Shown: positions 24,540-40,712 of the stretch, in pieces
Position numbering within the stretch: position 1 is the stretch's first letter
How the letters are laid out: every line of letters starts with the position of its first letter
Origin: Penicillus capitatus
Lineage: Eukaryota > Plantae > Chlorophyta
DNA length: 64,000 nt
NCBI GenBank assembly: GCA_965649825.1
Contig: OZ287707.1
Coordinates: 674,292 to 738,291, forward strand
Direction of reading: 5' to 3'
Position numbers and translations under genes: made by a program
Notes under the pieces: model-generated
What the model was told of the DNA's origin: nothing
The model's database searches: none
The model's input: the letters and a program-made list of their open reading frames with translations, nothing else

Positions 24540-26020
24540 TTATTTCAGAAAGACTAGCAGACGCTCAGGCCGTTCAAGGAACTGCTTCCATCGATTGGAG
24601 AATTCTACGAGGTTGGCGCCATCCAGGACACGATGATCGGCTCCCCAACTGATGGGCATCATAGGACATGCCTTGAGGTCTGTAAGATGACCGGAAACGT
24701 CCTTGCTGTCCTTCACTCGCACAACAGGCCGCATTCTGCCGATAGCGACGATAGCTGTCTGAGGTGGGACAATAAGAGGCGTGGCGTAGATGCCGCCCAT
24801 CGAACCGATGTTGGATATCGTAATGGTAGCACCTTGCAGATCTTCAGGCTTCAGGCAATCTGACGCGGCAGTCGATTTGAGGCTGTACAGCTCATGTGCG
24901 ATATCGACGATTGTCTTTTGTTGAACGTTCTTCATCACGGGCACGACCAGACCAGTATCCATAGCCATAGCGATGCCGATGTGATGGGCGCGATGGACTA
25001 TAATCTCCGAATGATCTTCACTCAAACTGCAGTTGATTTCAGGAAACTCCAACAGAACTGCAGACAGGGCCTTGACGAGAATAGGAAGCAGTGTAAACGA
25101 CAATCCACGCAGACGCGGTTCATCGGCAATGTTGCTCTTCATCGTCAACAGCGACGTCACATCCACATCGTCTGTAAAATGAAAGTGTGGAATCGTCATC
25201 GACGCTGTCATGTTCTTCAGCATGCTTCGTCTAATGCCTTTGATCGGAATCCTCTTCTCTTCCCCGATGTGCTCTGCAAGACACAACTTGAACGTTGCTT
25301 TTCTTAAGTGGGCGATGCACTTGGTGTCGACGGTTCGCGATCCATGGCAATGTACTTAAGAACATCTTCCTTTGTCACTCTACCTCCTGGGCCCGTTGAT
25401 GGGACATCTGCCAGATCGATGTGTTTCTCTTTGGCCAGGGAGCGAACAGGCGGCGCCGCCAGTACCGGTTTCTTTGGTTCTCTATCCTGCCTTGCCTTCT
25501 CTTCGCCTGGGGTGTCCGATTTTTGTAAGGCGGCTTCTGATGGCGGACTCGTGATTTCTGCTGAAGTGTCTTGATCGACATCGATTTCCATCAAGGTACT
25601 TCCAACTTTGATAATATCTCCAACTTTGTGTGGTAATGAGGTGACCGTTCCTTCGTACGGGCTAGAAATCTCGATCGAAGCTTTATCGCTCTGAACTTCG
25701 CATACCTTGTCAAATCGTTGAATTCTGTCGCCTTTCTGCCATCATGAAGGCCTTTTGACGGAAGCATAAGCTCAGCTGGTTGTTACCTTGACGAGCCATT
25801 TAATCAGTTCACATTCGGCGATGCCTTCTCCGGTTTGAGCCAGAGGGAATTGTACGACAGGAAAGCGGAGAACAGAAGAGGTCGAATACCAAGACCTGAT
25901 GCTTCTAGATGGACCGCGAAGCGTCCCCGACGAAGACGGCTGTCTCAGATCTGTCCAATAGACAGCGCTCGAACGCAAAGAGAGCGCACGCAGCACACGC
26001 CGGAGACAACACCTTTGCAT
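24540..26020 (-). CDS. DBT: Branched-chain 2-oxoacid dehydrogenase E2 (dihydrolipoamide acyltransferase)
   Basis: Lipoyl domain FPLAQTGEGIAECELIKWLVK|...EVQSDKASIEI, E3-binding VLAAPPVRSLAK, catalytic TITISNIG and WGADHRVLDG. Confidence 0.93.
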
Positions 26021-26550
26021 CTCGATGTGAAAGACTGTACAACTGTCACATCATACACACACAATCCTTGCTATGCCGTTCACTGCCGACCGCTGTATGC
26101 TGTATGCTACCTCTGACGCTATGATCTGAGTCTGGTGCTACCCGTGTGGTCAAGGGGCGGCAATTAACGTCCTGCTGTTTTACATAAGGCACCTCACAAG
26201 CGTCCGACGCTCTTCGATCTCTAATAGGTCGAGGCCGAAGACGACATCTGCACGATCCTGCGATATCGTTTTAGCTAAGTCCTATTCTTCGAACGACTGA
26301 CAGACAGCATTCAAAATCCTTAGTTTCCGCTTATGACACTTTTGTAGTCAGGATAAAACCACGAGGAGTCTCTGCTGTATGTGGACAAGAGGCTCTTTTT
26401 CCCACCTATGAATACCGTTGTGTTCGTCTGCGATCTGTTCTGCCTTCTGCGTGCATCCGTTGACGCTCATGCCACTGCATTCGACTCTGTTTTAAGAGTG
26501 TCATGTGTTAGACGCAGTACTTAACGGTGGTGAGTTTAATCTCTGTTACC

Positions 26551-29188
26551 ATGACGCAGAAGAATGATCGACAGGGACACATTCGCATCTTTCTTCGCGC
26601 TCGTCCTTCGCGCCGAGCGTCACGAAATGCGCAGATCGACCGCGAAGAAAACCGCATTGCATTCACTGTACCCAAAGACAAGGCGACTGGGTATGCCATA
26701 CCAACTGGCTTCGACCATAACCTGCCTCTTATTGTGGCTCTCCATAGCTATGTCAACAACAGCACTGAATATCACGCCTTCTGTTTTGATGGCGTCTTCG
26801 ATACCGATGCCACACAAGAGCGTGTAAATCATCTCAGACCATTACCCTCTGCCTGCGATACATACAGGACTTGACAGGTGTTTGATGACGTGGCACTCGA
26901 TGTGATCCAGGGTTCTCTGGAGGGCTACAATGGCACACTGTTTGCCTATGGGCAAACGGGATCCGGAAAGACGTTCACCATCACTGGAGGTCCAGAGCGC
27001 TACGCTGATCGCGGGATCATTCCGCGAACCATCGCAGCCGTTTTCTCAGAAGTGTCACAGAGATCCGATCAGACATTCACGGTGATCCTGTATCCAAGAG
27101 AACGCCACAGAGGAACCCGATATCTCTCCAGATTCACATATCGTACCTAGAGATCTACAATGACGTCGTCTATGACCTTCTGGATCCTGATCGGGAAATC
27201 AAAGATATCGACGATCTGCCGAAAGTCGTGGTCCGTGAAGGCGAAGACGGTCATCTTGTGTTCAGCAATTTGAGAATCTGCAAAGTCGAGAACGAAGAAG
27301 ATGCGCTCAGTCTCGTAAAGAGATGATCCTTGGGTGCCTTGACAGATAATGGTGTGGTTTAGCTGTTCTTGGGCGACACTAATCGGACGATTAGCGAGAC
27401 TCCGATGAACATGGCATCCAGTCGATCGCATTGTATCTTCTCCATCCATATCCAGTCAAGAACAGTAAACGCACGATCCTTCTCGTGTATGTGACAGACA
27501 TGACGTGTGTAGAATGGTCAAGACTTTGTGCGAACTTCGAAGCTCAATTTGGTCGATTTGGCAGGATCGGAGAGAATTAAGAAAACGGGTATCGATGGAA
27601 CAACGTTGACAGAATCAAAATACATCAATCTCTCACTGCATTACCTGGAACAAGTCATCGTGGCCCTTCAAGCACGCGGACATTGAAAACTGGAGAAGGG
27701 TCGATTTCGGATGGGTGTTTTTTAGGAGAATGCAATGGGTAGAGATCGTTGGTACATTCCCTATCGGAATTCTGCCATGACGATGATGTTGCGGGATTCC
27801 TTGGGTGGTAACTGCCGTACGGTTATGATCGCTAACATAAGCATTGAGCAGAAACAGTTAGATGAATCCATCTCCACCTGCAGATTTGCTCAACGCGTGG
27901 CAATGATCACCAATGAGGTACAGAGCATCCAGATGCAGGATGACGACACTCGGTGTCCCAGGCGGTGATCAACGAAGAAGTGGACCCGGCTTTCGTGATC
28001 GCCCGTCTCAAACGCGAAATCTCCGATTTGAAACAAGAGATCAGAATTCTGAAAGGACATGAGGATGCCGTGTGTGAAGAGGATGTTGAAGATTTGAGAG
28101 ATGGTTTCAGAAAAGAGCTCGTCGACTATACTCTCTCCAAGATCGACGACCTCGACCTAAACAAGAGCATCTCCCTTTTGAGATACGGTCAGAAATCGGA
28201 TGCTGATGGCAGTCCGTCGCTTGGAGTGACGACGGCATCTCCTTAGGCTTCGAAGTCATGAAGGAACTTGTCCACGATGCAAAAAGCTCCAAGCAGTCAG
28301 GGACAGCACAGATAAGACGCGAAAGTAATGTTGAGAGGAAGGCAGAAGAGAGCAAGCTGAGAAGGGTCAATGACTGTGACGATCTCCCTGTGACAAAAAC
28401 AACAGTGTCGAAGCATGCACAACAGGTGCAGATGATGTGACTTGTCAACGATGTCGTCTTTGTGCGATGAAGATGGAGGAAAGTGGACAGAATATCGAAA
28501 TCACACAACGGGAGGCTCTGCTGCACAATCAAGAAGAACTGAAGCAGAAAATTGCGATGGCGAAGATGGAAGGCCAGAAACTCGCGGAGTCGAAACAGAG
28601 GCTGACCCAACTGAAAGCCTTCATTGAAAAGAGGAGACTCAAACGATCCGTTCTGCAGCTCTGTGCACCATCTGAGGCATACGTACCAGAAGGCTCAGCA
28701 GAACAGCCGCCACTCGATCACGAGGAAGAGAAGGCACTGCAATCTTTAGCAGAGGTCTGTTCGGCCGTCACATCCAGATTCTGCCTGCTCTCATCGTCTC
28801 ATGGTGACCTGGTTTAGGAGAAGGCAAAGTACAGGAGGTCTTTTCATACGCTGCGCGATTTGAAGAAAGAAATCGAAAATCTGCAAAGGTTGCTTGCACA
28901 CAATAGACAACAGATAAAGGTCGTCTGCTGTGATCGAGATCTATCTGCTTCCATCCTTTGACACATCAGGCCAATTTGGAGAATCGCGATTTGAAGGACA
29001 GCGGCACAAAAATCCAGAGCAGCCTTTCAAATGCTGCTTACTTGGAGCAGCAGCGCGACAAACAAGCGATCGATCCAGAAGTGTTCAAGCGCGCCCAACA
29101 GCACCTCACCGGAAACCCTTCGGCTGATCGAGAGATTCTGCACTTCTATCAAACAAAGCATGAGATTGAAAAACAGCAAAGAGGATGA
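26551..29188 (+). CDS. Kinesin-9 family motor (KIF6/KIF9-like)
   Basis: [74 protein letters not shown]|...[37 protein letters not shown], coiled-coil tail; about 11 introns, one GC-AG. Confidence 0.92.
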
Positions 29189-29585
29189 AGCTTAATCACA
29201 GGATTTTCTTCTTCTCTTTGTACAGTTTCTCTCTATACACATGGCTAGAGTAAATCGAACAGATGTTTGAACAGAGAATCGCACGATTCATCTGTTTCTG
29301 TGGTGTGTCCTCTGCGTATTCACCAAATGCCGTCAAGCGTGAATTATTAGCTGACACAAAGGACAGCTACGAACTGGATGATGGTCATTGATCAAAGCAG
29401 AAGGTATCGAGCTATTCTAAACCCTCAAAGCTATCCTTAAACCCCAAATGAGGATAGAAGGACGCTGTGGCTAACACTTAGAACAAACAAACACGGAAAA
29501 ATAATCGGCTAACTCTCTGAAACTGCATACGTTCTTCCACTCCGATGATTGAACGGCGGCTGACAATGTTTGCCTGCGTCAATCG

Positions 29586-30639
29586 TTATTCTCTATCTTT
29601 CTCTTCGATCCATTGGCTCATGAATCTTGTTTTTGCCCAGTACAGACAGGCAAACCAACGAAAAGCGCATAGATGACCAACAAAGGTGAGGCAGTAGGCA
29701 AGCGGCGACCATACGTAAGCTGTACTAAGAACCTGCATCCAATAAATCGATGCTACTGATAGAAGAGATGTCATCACTCACTGGATAGATCCACAGTCCA
29801 GTGTGGACATGATGCATGAAGAGCCATATGATGTAGACACAACACCAGACACCGACAGATCCTCTCAAATGATCGAAGAACGGAATCCTGTTCATCATCA
29901 ATTCCACAACCATCATCAAAAGATTCAATGCATGCTACATCCATTCCTCCTCACACAAGATTCCCTCCCTTTCAGAAGTCACACTTCGATGTAGCTGAAC
30001 ACATTGAAGAAGAAAGTGGCGTGGAGATCAGGATAGGGGCGAGAGAGTGGATAGAGAATGGCCCAGGTGCCAATGTCCACAACCCAGACCGTCTGCCATG
30101 TCATGTGTGAGAATCACACTTTGGAGAAGAGACGATGTTTTGTGTACTGTCATGTTTAGATGAAACAAAATAATGGCGAGGTAAGATCCTGGTCCAAAGG
30201 GATGCTCTCTTTCTTTTGATTTGCGACGGCGAAACCAGTATGTCTCCCAAACCGTCACGCCAAAATACAGCGTCAGACACCAGAAGTTCCTAAATTCCAC
30301 CACCCTGTACAACGCATCTCGTTCATGACTGCCTCACCATTTGGTGTAGAAACGCAAAGGACGAATGCCCTTGATTCGCAAATGCACAAGGGAGACAATA
30401 AAGGCAAATAGAAATGCCACAAGACGGTAGGCAAAGAGCAGATTGGGATGGACGGCATAACTCAGCACCACATCATCGACAGTTGAGCTGAACCACACAT
30501 CCACCGATCTAGACACGCACGCTTGCGTTATCGTCTATCCTCATCTTGGACACTATGCGCGTTGCCTTGTCCGAAAACACTTCGCACTGCGGAAGAGACT
30601 AACGAGGCCGACGGCTAGAGACACTGCGGTGTTGGACAT
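29586..30639 (-). CDS. Multi-pass membrane protein, 'rolling stone'-like family
   Basis: Spliced hydrophobic segments LFAYRLVAFLF...RFYTKW|NFWCLTLYFG...HALNLLMMVVELMMNRIPF...GLWIYP|VLST; start inferred through a GC-AG intron. Confidence 0.65.
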
Positions 30640-30872
30640 TCAAGAGAATGGCGCGTCCTTTTGCAATCTCTTTTGCCTCAATCGCTCGAGAAAGGCGTTT
30701 GGAATCGTTGTTAATGCAGACGTCAAACATCAGGCCACGTCCAAATCATACGCAGATAAATGAACGGTCTTTTCCAAAGACAGCGTGTCGAATACATGCC
30801 AACACAGATGCCAATCACACATGCACACTTTTGGTGTCATTGAGTGAGACAAGAGTGACGCATGAGATACGT

Positions 30873-31193
30873 CTAGGTGTCTCGGGCGGAGTCTCTTGGC
30901 CAGAAGCGACGAGGGGCGCGACCATTTGCGGCATCGGAATAATCCAACTGTAGGATGGTCAGTTTGAAGAGCATGACGGGCACGGCGACGCAGGTGATGC
31001 CCAGAATCAGAATGTTTTTGGGCGAGAAACGAAACTCCTCTTCCAGTGCTTCTCTTCGAGCATTCCACTCTTCGACATACTTGTTCTTTGTAATGGGCAG
31101 ATTTCCTTCCCAACGGCGCTGTCCCGCGAAGGGCGACCCGGAAGAAAGTGACCACCCGCGACGGCGGAGGGCTTGAGCGAGATAGGATGCCAT
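30873..31193 (-). CDS. NDUFB4: Mitochondrial complex I subunit B15/NDUFB4 (plant type)
   Basis: TKNKYVEEWNARREALEEEFRFSPKNILILGITCVAVPVMLFK...NGRAPRRFW, matching the plant B15 pattern (NKNKFIEDW...RENLE..FRW...GRP.RKF); single exon. Confidence 0.8.
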   Translation of the reverse strand: MASYLAQALRRRGWSLSSGSPFAGQRRWEGNLPITKNKYVEEWNARREALEEEFRFSPKNILILGITCVAVPVMLFKLTILQLDYSDAANGRAPRRFWPRDSARDT

Positions 31194-31262
31194 ACTTAAC
31201 GCTAGACGACTTCGGCAGAGATCGAATGTGCGAAACCGACGACAATTGTACGGCTCTGTCGA

Positions 31263-33934
<2,672 letters not shown>

Positions 33935-34310
33935 CAGATACGACATCCATGCACGACGGATCTTCAAATTCGCCGAGATCGCATTCACCTATCTGACGCA
34001 CTGTCACATCAGCACAGGGAGAAGACAACGTCATCGTCTGCCGGTTTTCGATGGAGGGGGAGATAAGAGTTGAGGAACAACAATTGATTAAACTGTCGAT
34101 GTTGTAGATTGAGTGAAGTGAGGCGAAACGAGAAGCATTCGTGTAACAATGACCATAATCACATTACGTGCGTGCGTATTGCGTCAATATCGAACAACTC
34201 TGTGTTTACCCTACACACAATTCCCAAGACGCTGTCGTTAAGATGTCATGTCGACGGTTCCTCGGCGAGGCCGAACAGAATCACCGCAGTTCTCTCATGA
34301 AGGCAACAAC

Positions 34311-37300
34311 TTATGCTTCAACGGAATCTGTTGTTTCATCAAGGTCGATCAATGGCTTCTCAACTGCCAGGAACTGTTGAATAAATGCCATTCGCCGAGT
34401 TTCAACGACGCCCTTTGGAGAATGCATGGACGGCGATCCCTTAAAATAGTGCTCTACAGAAGAAGCCCTAGATGTGCATCGGCAGGGATGGTGGATGTTC
34501 TTACTGCTCAGAGATCCTCTGTTGATGTCCTGAAAGAAAATCTGACAGAGAACTCTGCCCACCTCCTCCTCCGTCAGTTGGTTTTTCTTTCTGTTGGTCT
34601 CTACCAGAGCGGAACGCATGAGTTCCATCGTCGAATCGAAAACAGCCCATTCGATTGCGGACATCGCTTCCTTCACCAGATTCATCGCCATCTCAGCAGA
34701 GACGTCTGAGATTTCGCAGTTCTGTGCTACGGATTCCGGAATCATGGGTGACGGAAGGTCCAGGAAGAAGCACAGCAGTGCCGTTGCCATGTCATGGGCT
34801 GTGATGCCTGTTGGGAGACTCTGGGCTTCGTCCAATGCCACGCGGATTTCGAAGACGGCTGGTATCGTCGCCCTGCTATCTCCAGCCTTGCAGATCTGTT
34901 TCATGCTGTCGACAAACAGATTGGCCGTCCGCAAACGACCATCCGTTGCCAGAAAGTATAACATTCTTGAAATCTGGGATGGGATCATTAAACCGGTGGG
35001 GCCCTCCAGTAAATTTGGCTGAGGACCTGAAAACAGATATCCATTCCAATTGAAAAGAGTGCTCGAGTGAGATCCATTCCTGACCTGTGGTTGCAATGGA
35101 ACTGGAATGCTGTAATTCATTTCGCTGGGGATCATGGGGGGAGGCAACGAGATGGTCGTCCAAATCCAACGACGACATATCTTCCTTCGCCGGTAGTTCC
35201 CAGCCACTGGCATAGGGCTGGCTCTCACGGTATTGCATGCTTGGAAGAACCGTCGCCTTCGTGATCTTTCCACGATGGAGTTTGTTCTGATTCCGTGGCA
35301 ATTGCAGTGCAAGATGGTTAAGAGAGATGCCGAAGCACGACAATGTGTAATTTCCCATAATACTTATGAAGAAATCGGATCCGCCTTCGACATGTAGAAC
35401 GAGAATGTGATCCAATTTGCATTCTGGATTGCCTACATCCACACTGTCTGTATAGAGTGCCGAAAGAGGCATGCCTTACCAAACAGTTCATCGGCACTGC
35501 CCCATTGACCGCCTTCGATACAGACAGTGAGCTTGATGTTCTCTTTCTTTCCGGCTTTGACGATGCCAGATGTTGGCTTGGCTGAGAGCCAGCTTGGGAA
35601 TGGACTGCGTATACGATGACGACTAGGATTGGGAGGAATGAAGGAATACACAGCTGTTGTCTCTCCTGTATTCTGGATTGTGACGGTGAATTCCTTAGGA
35701 ACTCCATAGGGCACCATGCCAGCTTCGATAACCGTTGGAGATAGCTTGCAGCGAGGAATGCTTGCCATTTCTTCAACATCGACACTCCTCCTTGCCTCTT
35801 GCAGTGCTGCATCGACTTTCTGGATATTGAACTTCCGCGCCTCCATCAGGAATGTTCCGATCACTGGTTTGTGATCCGAAACCGAGATGGGGGCAAAGCT
35901 CCCGTACAGCAGCTGATGTAACTGCTTTCTGGAAGAATACCAGAGAATTCGATCAGTCCAAGCAGGCGTACGAATCTTCTTCGGTTTCTTCTTCGGCTTC
36001 TCTTCTTTCTTCGCTGCGGCAGTAACATTTCCTTCAGATTTTGCTCTCTTGGGGAGTTCTGTGTTTCTGGGAAAGAAAACACAACGCAGATCACTGTCAA
36101 TAGGGTATGGAAGTGTTCGATCGTACACAAAGAGAGATTCTTTTCTTGAGGGATCGATCTTCGACTGGGGCATGGAGCCTCTTGTCGGGAAGGGAGTGTG
36201 TGACTCGGACGTGTCGTGCTTAACGGGATGCGATGGCACATCTTTCCGCAGAGCTGCAAAGGCGCTGTCATCCAGATCGATATCTCCTTCCGATTCCGAA
36301 GAGGAATCCTCGTCAATCTCTCCTGTGTAGTAGCCGGTCCCTCGAATGAATTTGTAGGTCGGCGGAAAGTCGATTGGCGCTTCATTAAAATCCTTCAAGA
36401 GGCATCACTCAAAAGCCATCCAGTGAAAACTGACAGACGCACTTGGAAAACTTTGCCGGCGGCCCGTTCGACGGAGAGTTGATCGTATTCGAGTAACTGT
36501 GGTAACCTGAACATCCACGTGTCGTCTCTGCAAGTGAAGGACACGATGTTACCTATCCGTACGGATGAGTTGGATGACATCCTTGATCTTTCCAGTGATC
36601 CGATAGTTCAGATCACCGACCCAGATGATGTTATCCAAGTCACGCATGCTTCGGAGGGATCCCCATTTCCCACCCACAAATGCACGTTTGATATCATAGG
36701 TTGCATTGTCTGGTATGCCTTCGGGTCGGACCGAGAAATCCTCAACCGATGTTCCATCGTCTCGGGTGACGCGTGTAAGTTCGACTTCGTGGGGAAACTG
36801 TGTTCTTCGAATGATCTCTGAGAAATCGAGGTTTCTTTTGATCTGGTCTCCATCATTCGATCCCGAAGCCAGATGCGACGTCACAAAGACGAAGACAGAA
36901 TCGTCGATCCGGAAACGCACAGCGATGGCCCCTACACATGCATCTTTGAGAATGATGCTGGGCTGACACATGACGACTCCATCTTGCCTTTGTTTGCTAA
37001 GTATCCGAGTGCGCCTGTCGCCACCGTTGTCACTTGGACACCACTAATGCGTTTCACCAGACTCTTGCGGACCCATCCTGTCACGAACAGTCCAACGAGC
37101 TGATATCTGAAAAGCTGCAAGAATTCTTCATGCTCTTCGCTGCCCTTTGGTTTTTGCTTTTCACTCTTCTTCGGAAGTTTGATCGTCGTCGGTTCCTCAG
37201 CGGCCATCTCTTTCTTGGGGTCTACGGAATGGCTCTTCACTAACGGCGAGTCCGTCATCGAATCAAATGAGATCAGGTCTGCCATGTCAGCTGTATTGGA

Positions 37301-38234
37301 CTGCGAATATCTCCTTTTCGACTCCTTCAGATGATCATTGAACTTCTTCTCGTCCAAGCTTGACCCATGACGCTTCAGCGCTTCCATCCTTGTCGTCTAA
37401 AGCAAAAGAGATTAACCACAGACGATGGCAGTGTGGAACGTGGCAGCACATCGGTCAGAGAGTTCTTGACTCGGGACTCGAGATTTGCAGATGGCACCCC
37501 GGACCACCCTGATACATAATAGTCGATGATGGACTTCTCGTGATCCCCTCTTCCAAATGGCGAAAGACCAATCTCCTCTTCCCTGTCAAAGAGAGACGTG
37601 CATCAACATTGCCATCGATTCCGACAGCGCATACGTTTTCCAAGGATTCAAGCATCGATCGATGGCCATATCCCAACCAACAGGCGCAGCAGTCCATCCT
37701 GGATACACAACGATGTCGTAGGATAGTTTGGATAGGAGTGTTGGATGCCTGCAATGATGTTTTGTGCAGTTAATGGAACGGCCTCTTGAAATCCCATCAC
37801 ATAGATATCCGCCCGATCCGGACTGCCCTTCCCGGAAGCCTTCTCCCGTGCCGGCCACCTTGACTGCCATTGAGCAATGTAGTCTTTAAAATCCAAATCG
37901 TCTGGCGGTTTCCTCCCGTTCAGATTATACGTCGAGGCCTGTCACGTCACATCTTTCACACTTTTCCAGATCATGCATTTCGCACCCAGATGCGTATTTC
38001 ATTCATTTCCGTATAATGTTCTTCCGGTATTTTATAGAACTCCGTTCTCACTCGTTCACTTCGGGTGTTCTGAAGCAGCTCCTCCAACGTTGCATACTCC
38101 ACACTGGAACGCACTGACACAGACATAGGTGTTATCTTGGCCGACATGACGCCGGTTCCCTTACTCTTCACTTCTTCATTCTCATTCCAGCTTCCAGCAT
38201 CCCTTGTCTGTCCACTCGTCTGTGTATTACCCAT
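34311..38234 (-). CDS. Type II inositol polyphosphate 5-phosphatase with ASH and RhoGAP-like domains (OCRL/INPP5B-like)
   Basis: YVMGFQE, NKG|AIAVRF, FVTSHLASG, IIWVGDLNYRI, FPPTYKF, TPAWTDRILW, SDHKPV, ASH-like Ig region ending LHVEGGSDFFISI, then a RhoGAP-like C-terminus. Two GC-AG introns. Confidence 0.93.
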
Positions 38235-38392
38235 CGTTACACACGAATTGACACGTGGCAAAAAAGAACAACAAGAGTAAAGAGACGGAACGCTCGGGAA
38301 CACGATGATAATAATGATGACAAACTCAATCGCGAATGATACAGTCCAGCGCGGCGTCGGTTGACGCGACTTTGACCGAGAGTGCGACTCAA

Positions 38393-39514
38393 ATGGCGCG
38401 GAAACACGCGGCGTCGACCAACGGCGTCGTCGTTCCTTGCGACAGTCAAGATGAAGAAGAAGACAGATCTTCTTTGCAACACCGTTATCGCGAGCTCTCA
38501 CACCTCGTCGAAGAACGCCGTCCTCATCTCGTCCAACCAAGCAATACAGAACTGCTCTCCCTCGTTCAGAAGGCAAATCAGTTGACACGTGAAGATCAGA
38601 CGCCGACGGAGAGACTGATGGATGCACGGCTGTTTCGAAGTCTGACGCGGTGTGGAGACGTGAAGGGACGTCGTCTTTCTTTCGGCAGTGCCCCGATGAC
38701 ACCCCTCGAAGTGGTACTCGCCATTGGCGAGAAATACAAAATGGATGTGCCTCGTATTTCCATGGAAGGGGATCATTTTGACGCATCGTCTAACGGAGAC
38801 ATGCCTGTCCTGAAGCTGGATTGGGCGCGAATGGGGGAAGATCTGACAGCCATCTGCAATCAACCTCCAGGAATGACGTGCATGAAGGGATGGACAGTAT
38901 GCATCGAGAAGAAACAACGAGCGCCGCGAACTCACCGCCGAAGGGAACGGCCAAGCGACAACATTCAGGAACCCGAACGCCACGCAGCTCGAGACGTGGC
39001 AGCCTCTGCGTCCGACACAGAGAGAACCGTGCATCGAATATGGAGCAGTGTTCAGGAAGGGAAGCACAGACAGGGGATCCCTCTTACACAGCTGGCACTT
39101 GATCACGATTCCTATCCTCGGACAGTAGTGACGATGTTCGAAGCAATGTTTCTCATCAAAGATCTGCGCATTTCTTTGAAAAAGCGACGGGATGGGACAC
39201 TGATTGTGACGCCCGTGCCACAACGGCTTTCAAGGATGCCAGTAGTGGAACGGCATCAGACATTCATCAGTTTGACCTTCAAGATGTGGGATGCATGGTG
39301 TCAGCAGATATCACCACGTGAGTGTCTGGTTCCAAAAGAAGAGGAGGAGCAAGTGCATCAGGAGAATGAAGAGGACAGAGAAGAGGAGGAGGAGATTGTT
39401 ATGGAAGAGGTGCAAGTTGAGCCACTATCGACTCCGTGCACAATCAAATCCGAACGGTCGAAACGCGGCTCCTCTGGGAGCAAAGGCAAAAAGATCCGAC
39501 GACGTCTAAGCTGA
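38393..39514 (+). CDS. NSE4: SMC5/6 complex kleisin NSE4
   Basis: Intronless. N-terminal LQHRYREL...PTERLMDAR and C-terminal LDHDSYPRTVVTMFEAMFLIKDLRI correspond to Nse4 motifs (R..YR.L, REQ..DAE, SF.QTVENLF..SFLVKDG). Confidence 0.75.
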   Translation: MARKHAASTNGVVVPCDSQDEEEDRSSLQHRYRELSHLVEERRPHLVQPSNTELLSLVQKANQLTREDQTPTERLMDARLFRSLTRCGDVKGRRLSFGSAPMTPLEVVLAIGEKYKMDVPRISMEGDHFDASSNGDMPVLKLDWARMGEDLTAICNQPPGMTCMKGWTVCIEKKQRAPRTHRRRERPSDNIQEPERHAARDVAASASDTERTVHRIWSSVQEGKHRQGIPLTQLALDHDSYPRTVVTMFEAMFLIKDLRISLKKRRDGTLIVTPVPQRLSRMPVVERHQTFISLTFKMWDAWCQQISPRECLVPKEEEEQVHQENEEDREEEEEIVMEEVQVEPLSTPCTIKSERSKRGSSGSKGKKIRRRLS

Positions 39515-39812
39515 ACGGCGATGCATCACACTAGTGGATCGCCTGTCACATCACGCGACGGTTTGTTCATACTCGAACGCGGACATCGTACCCAGCTGTA
39601 CATAGCGATTTAGGAACCAACAAACTTCGATACAATGTTGGGAGTTAGGCATCAATCATCTTATCAAGTGGAGGAGATAGATACTGGGTACAGTCAGTCA
39701 GCCATGTTAAGAAAACGGCCCAAGCAAGTGATTCGCATGTATCCCTGCTATAATGATTCGACCAAGCCTAGTCTCATCTAACATTAAGATGTATATATGG
39801 CTATTCCGCCGA

Positions 39813-40712
39813 TTACGTTGTCAGCGGAAACGAGTCTTTGTCGATGGAGCTTTGAAATCTGTTAAAAATGGATGCAAGATTATCGACGGCTCTAGACAGG
39901 TCCTGATATCGAGTGATGGTATCGAAGACGTCGATGCGACACGAGAACTCGCCGTAGAAAGGATTCGCACCGGCTAATGCCACTTTGATCGATTGAAAAC
40001 GCAGATCGAGATCGCACGATAGTTCGACATGAGGAACCATGATAGATTTCCATCTAAAACGGTGCGCGACATAAGAATGACGTTTGGGGAGAAAGGTCTT
40101 GGGAGGCAATTCAAAATACTCAGCCACGTCGGGAAATACGTCCAAGACGTCTTCGAAAGTATCGAACTCAACGACCTTATCCAGCTCATCCCCTTTCATT
40201 TTGAAAGTAAATCGGTGGTAATCCGAGTGAATGTCGCAGTCCAGGTGAGTGTCGACGTCTTCGTCATCGTCCGTCGGAAAGTTGAATGTCTCTGGATCGA
40301 TGTCCCGAATCTTGAGCGCCGGTTTGATTTCCACCTTCTTCTTCAGTTTACCGTCTTTGATTTTCTGCTCCTGACGTACTCGGGCGTAGCAGGATGCGCG
40401 ATAGGGTATGGTCGCGACATTGTCTTCAGGCAGAGGCGCACCATCGTCCTGTGTCAAGAGCCAGGAGTTCTCTGTGAAAATCTTCTCATCGAAAGACTTT
40501 TGAGGCGAAATCTTGTGGCCAGAGATAGAGACAAAAGAACTCCACAGTGACGTCGCTCGCTCGACGAGCATTGAGCGGTCAGTGACATCGGCGAAGGCAT
40601 CCATGTTCAGAATCACTTGAAATTCATAGTTTTTGAGCCACTGTTGTGCCGGACACGCTGAAAAAGGCACATTCGCTGCAGTCGATTTGCTCCCGGCCAC
40701 CTGAATTTCCAT
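39813..40712 (-). CDS. Intronless 299-aa hypothetical protein, possibly CYTH/triphosphate-tunnel-like
   Basis: Uninterrupted ORF with globular-protein composition. Beta-rich motifs YEFQVIL, LKIRD, LSCDLDL, GEFSCR loosely recall bacterial CYTH-like proteins. Confidence 0.6.
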   Translation of the reverse strand: MEIQVAGSKSTAANVPFSACPAQQWLKNYEFQVILNMDAFADVTDRSMLVERATSLWSSFVSISGHKISPQKSFDEKIFTENSWLLTQDDGAPLPEDNVATIPYRASCYARVRQEQKIKDGKLKKKVEIKPALKIRDIDPETFNFPTDDDEDVDTHLDCDIHSDYHRFTFKMKGDELDKVVEFDTFEDVLDVFPDVAEYFELPPKTFLPKRHSYVAHRFRWKSIMVPHVELSCDLDLRFQSIKVALAGANPFYGEFSCRIDVFDTITRYQDLSRAVDNLASIFNRFQSSIDKDSFPLTT

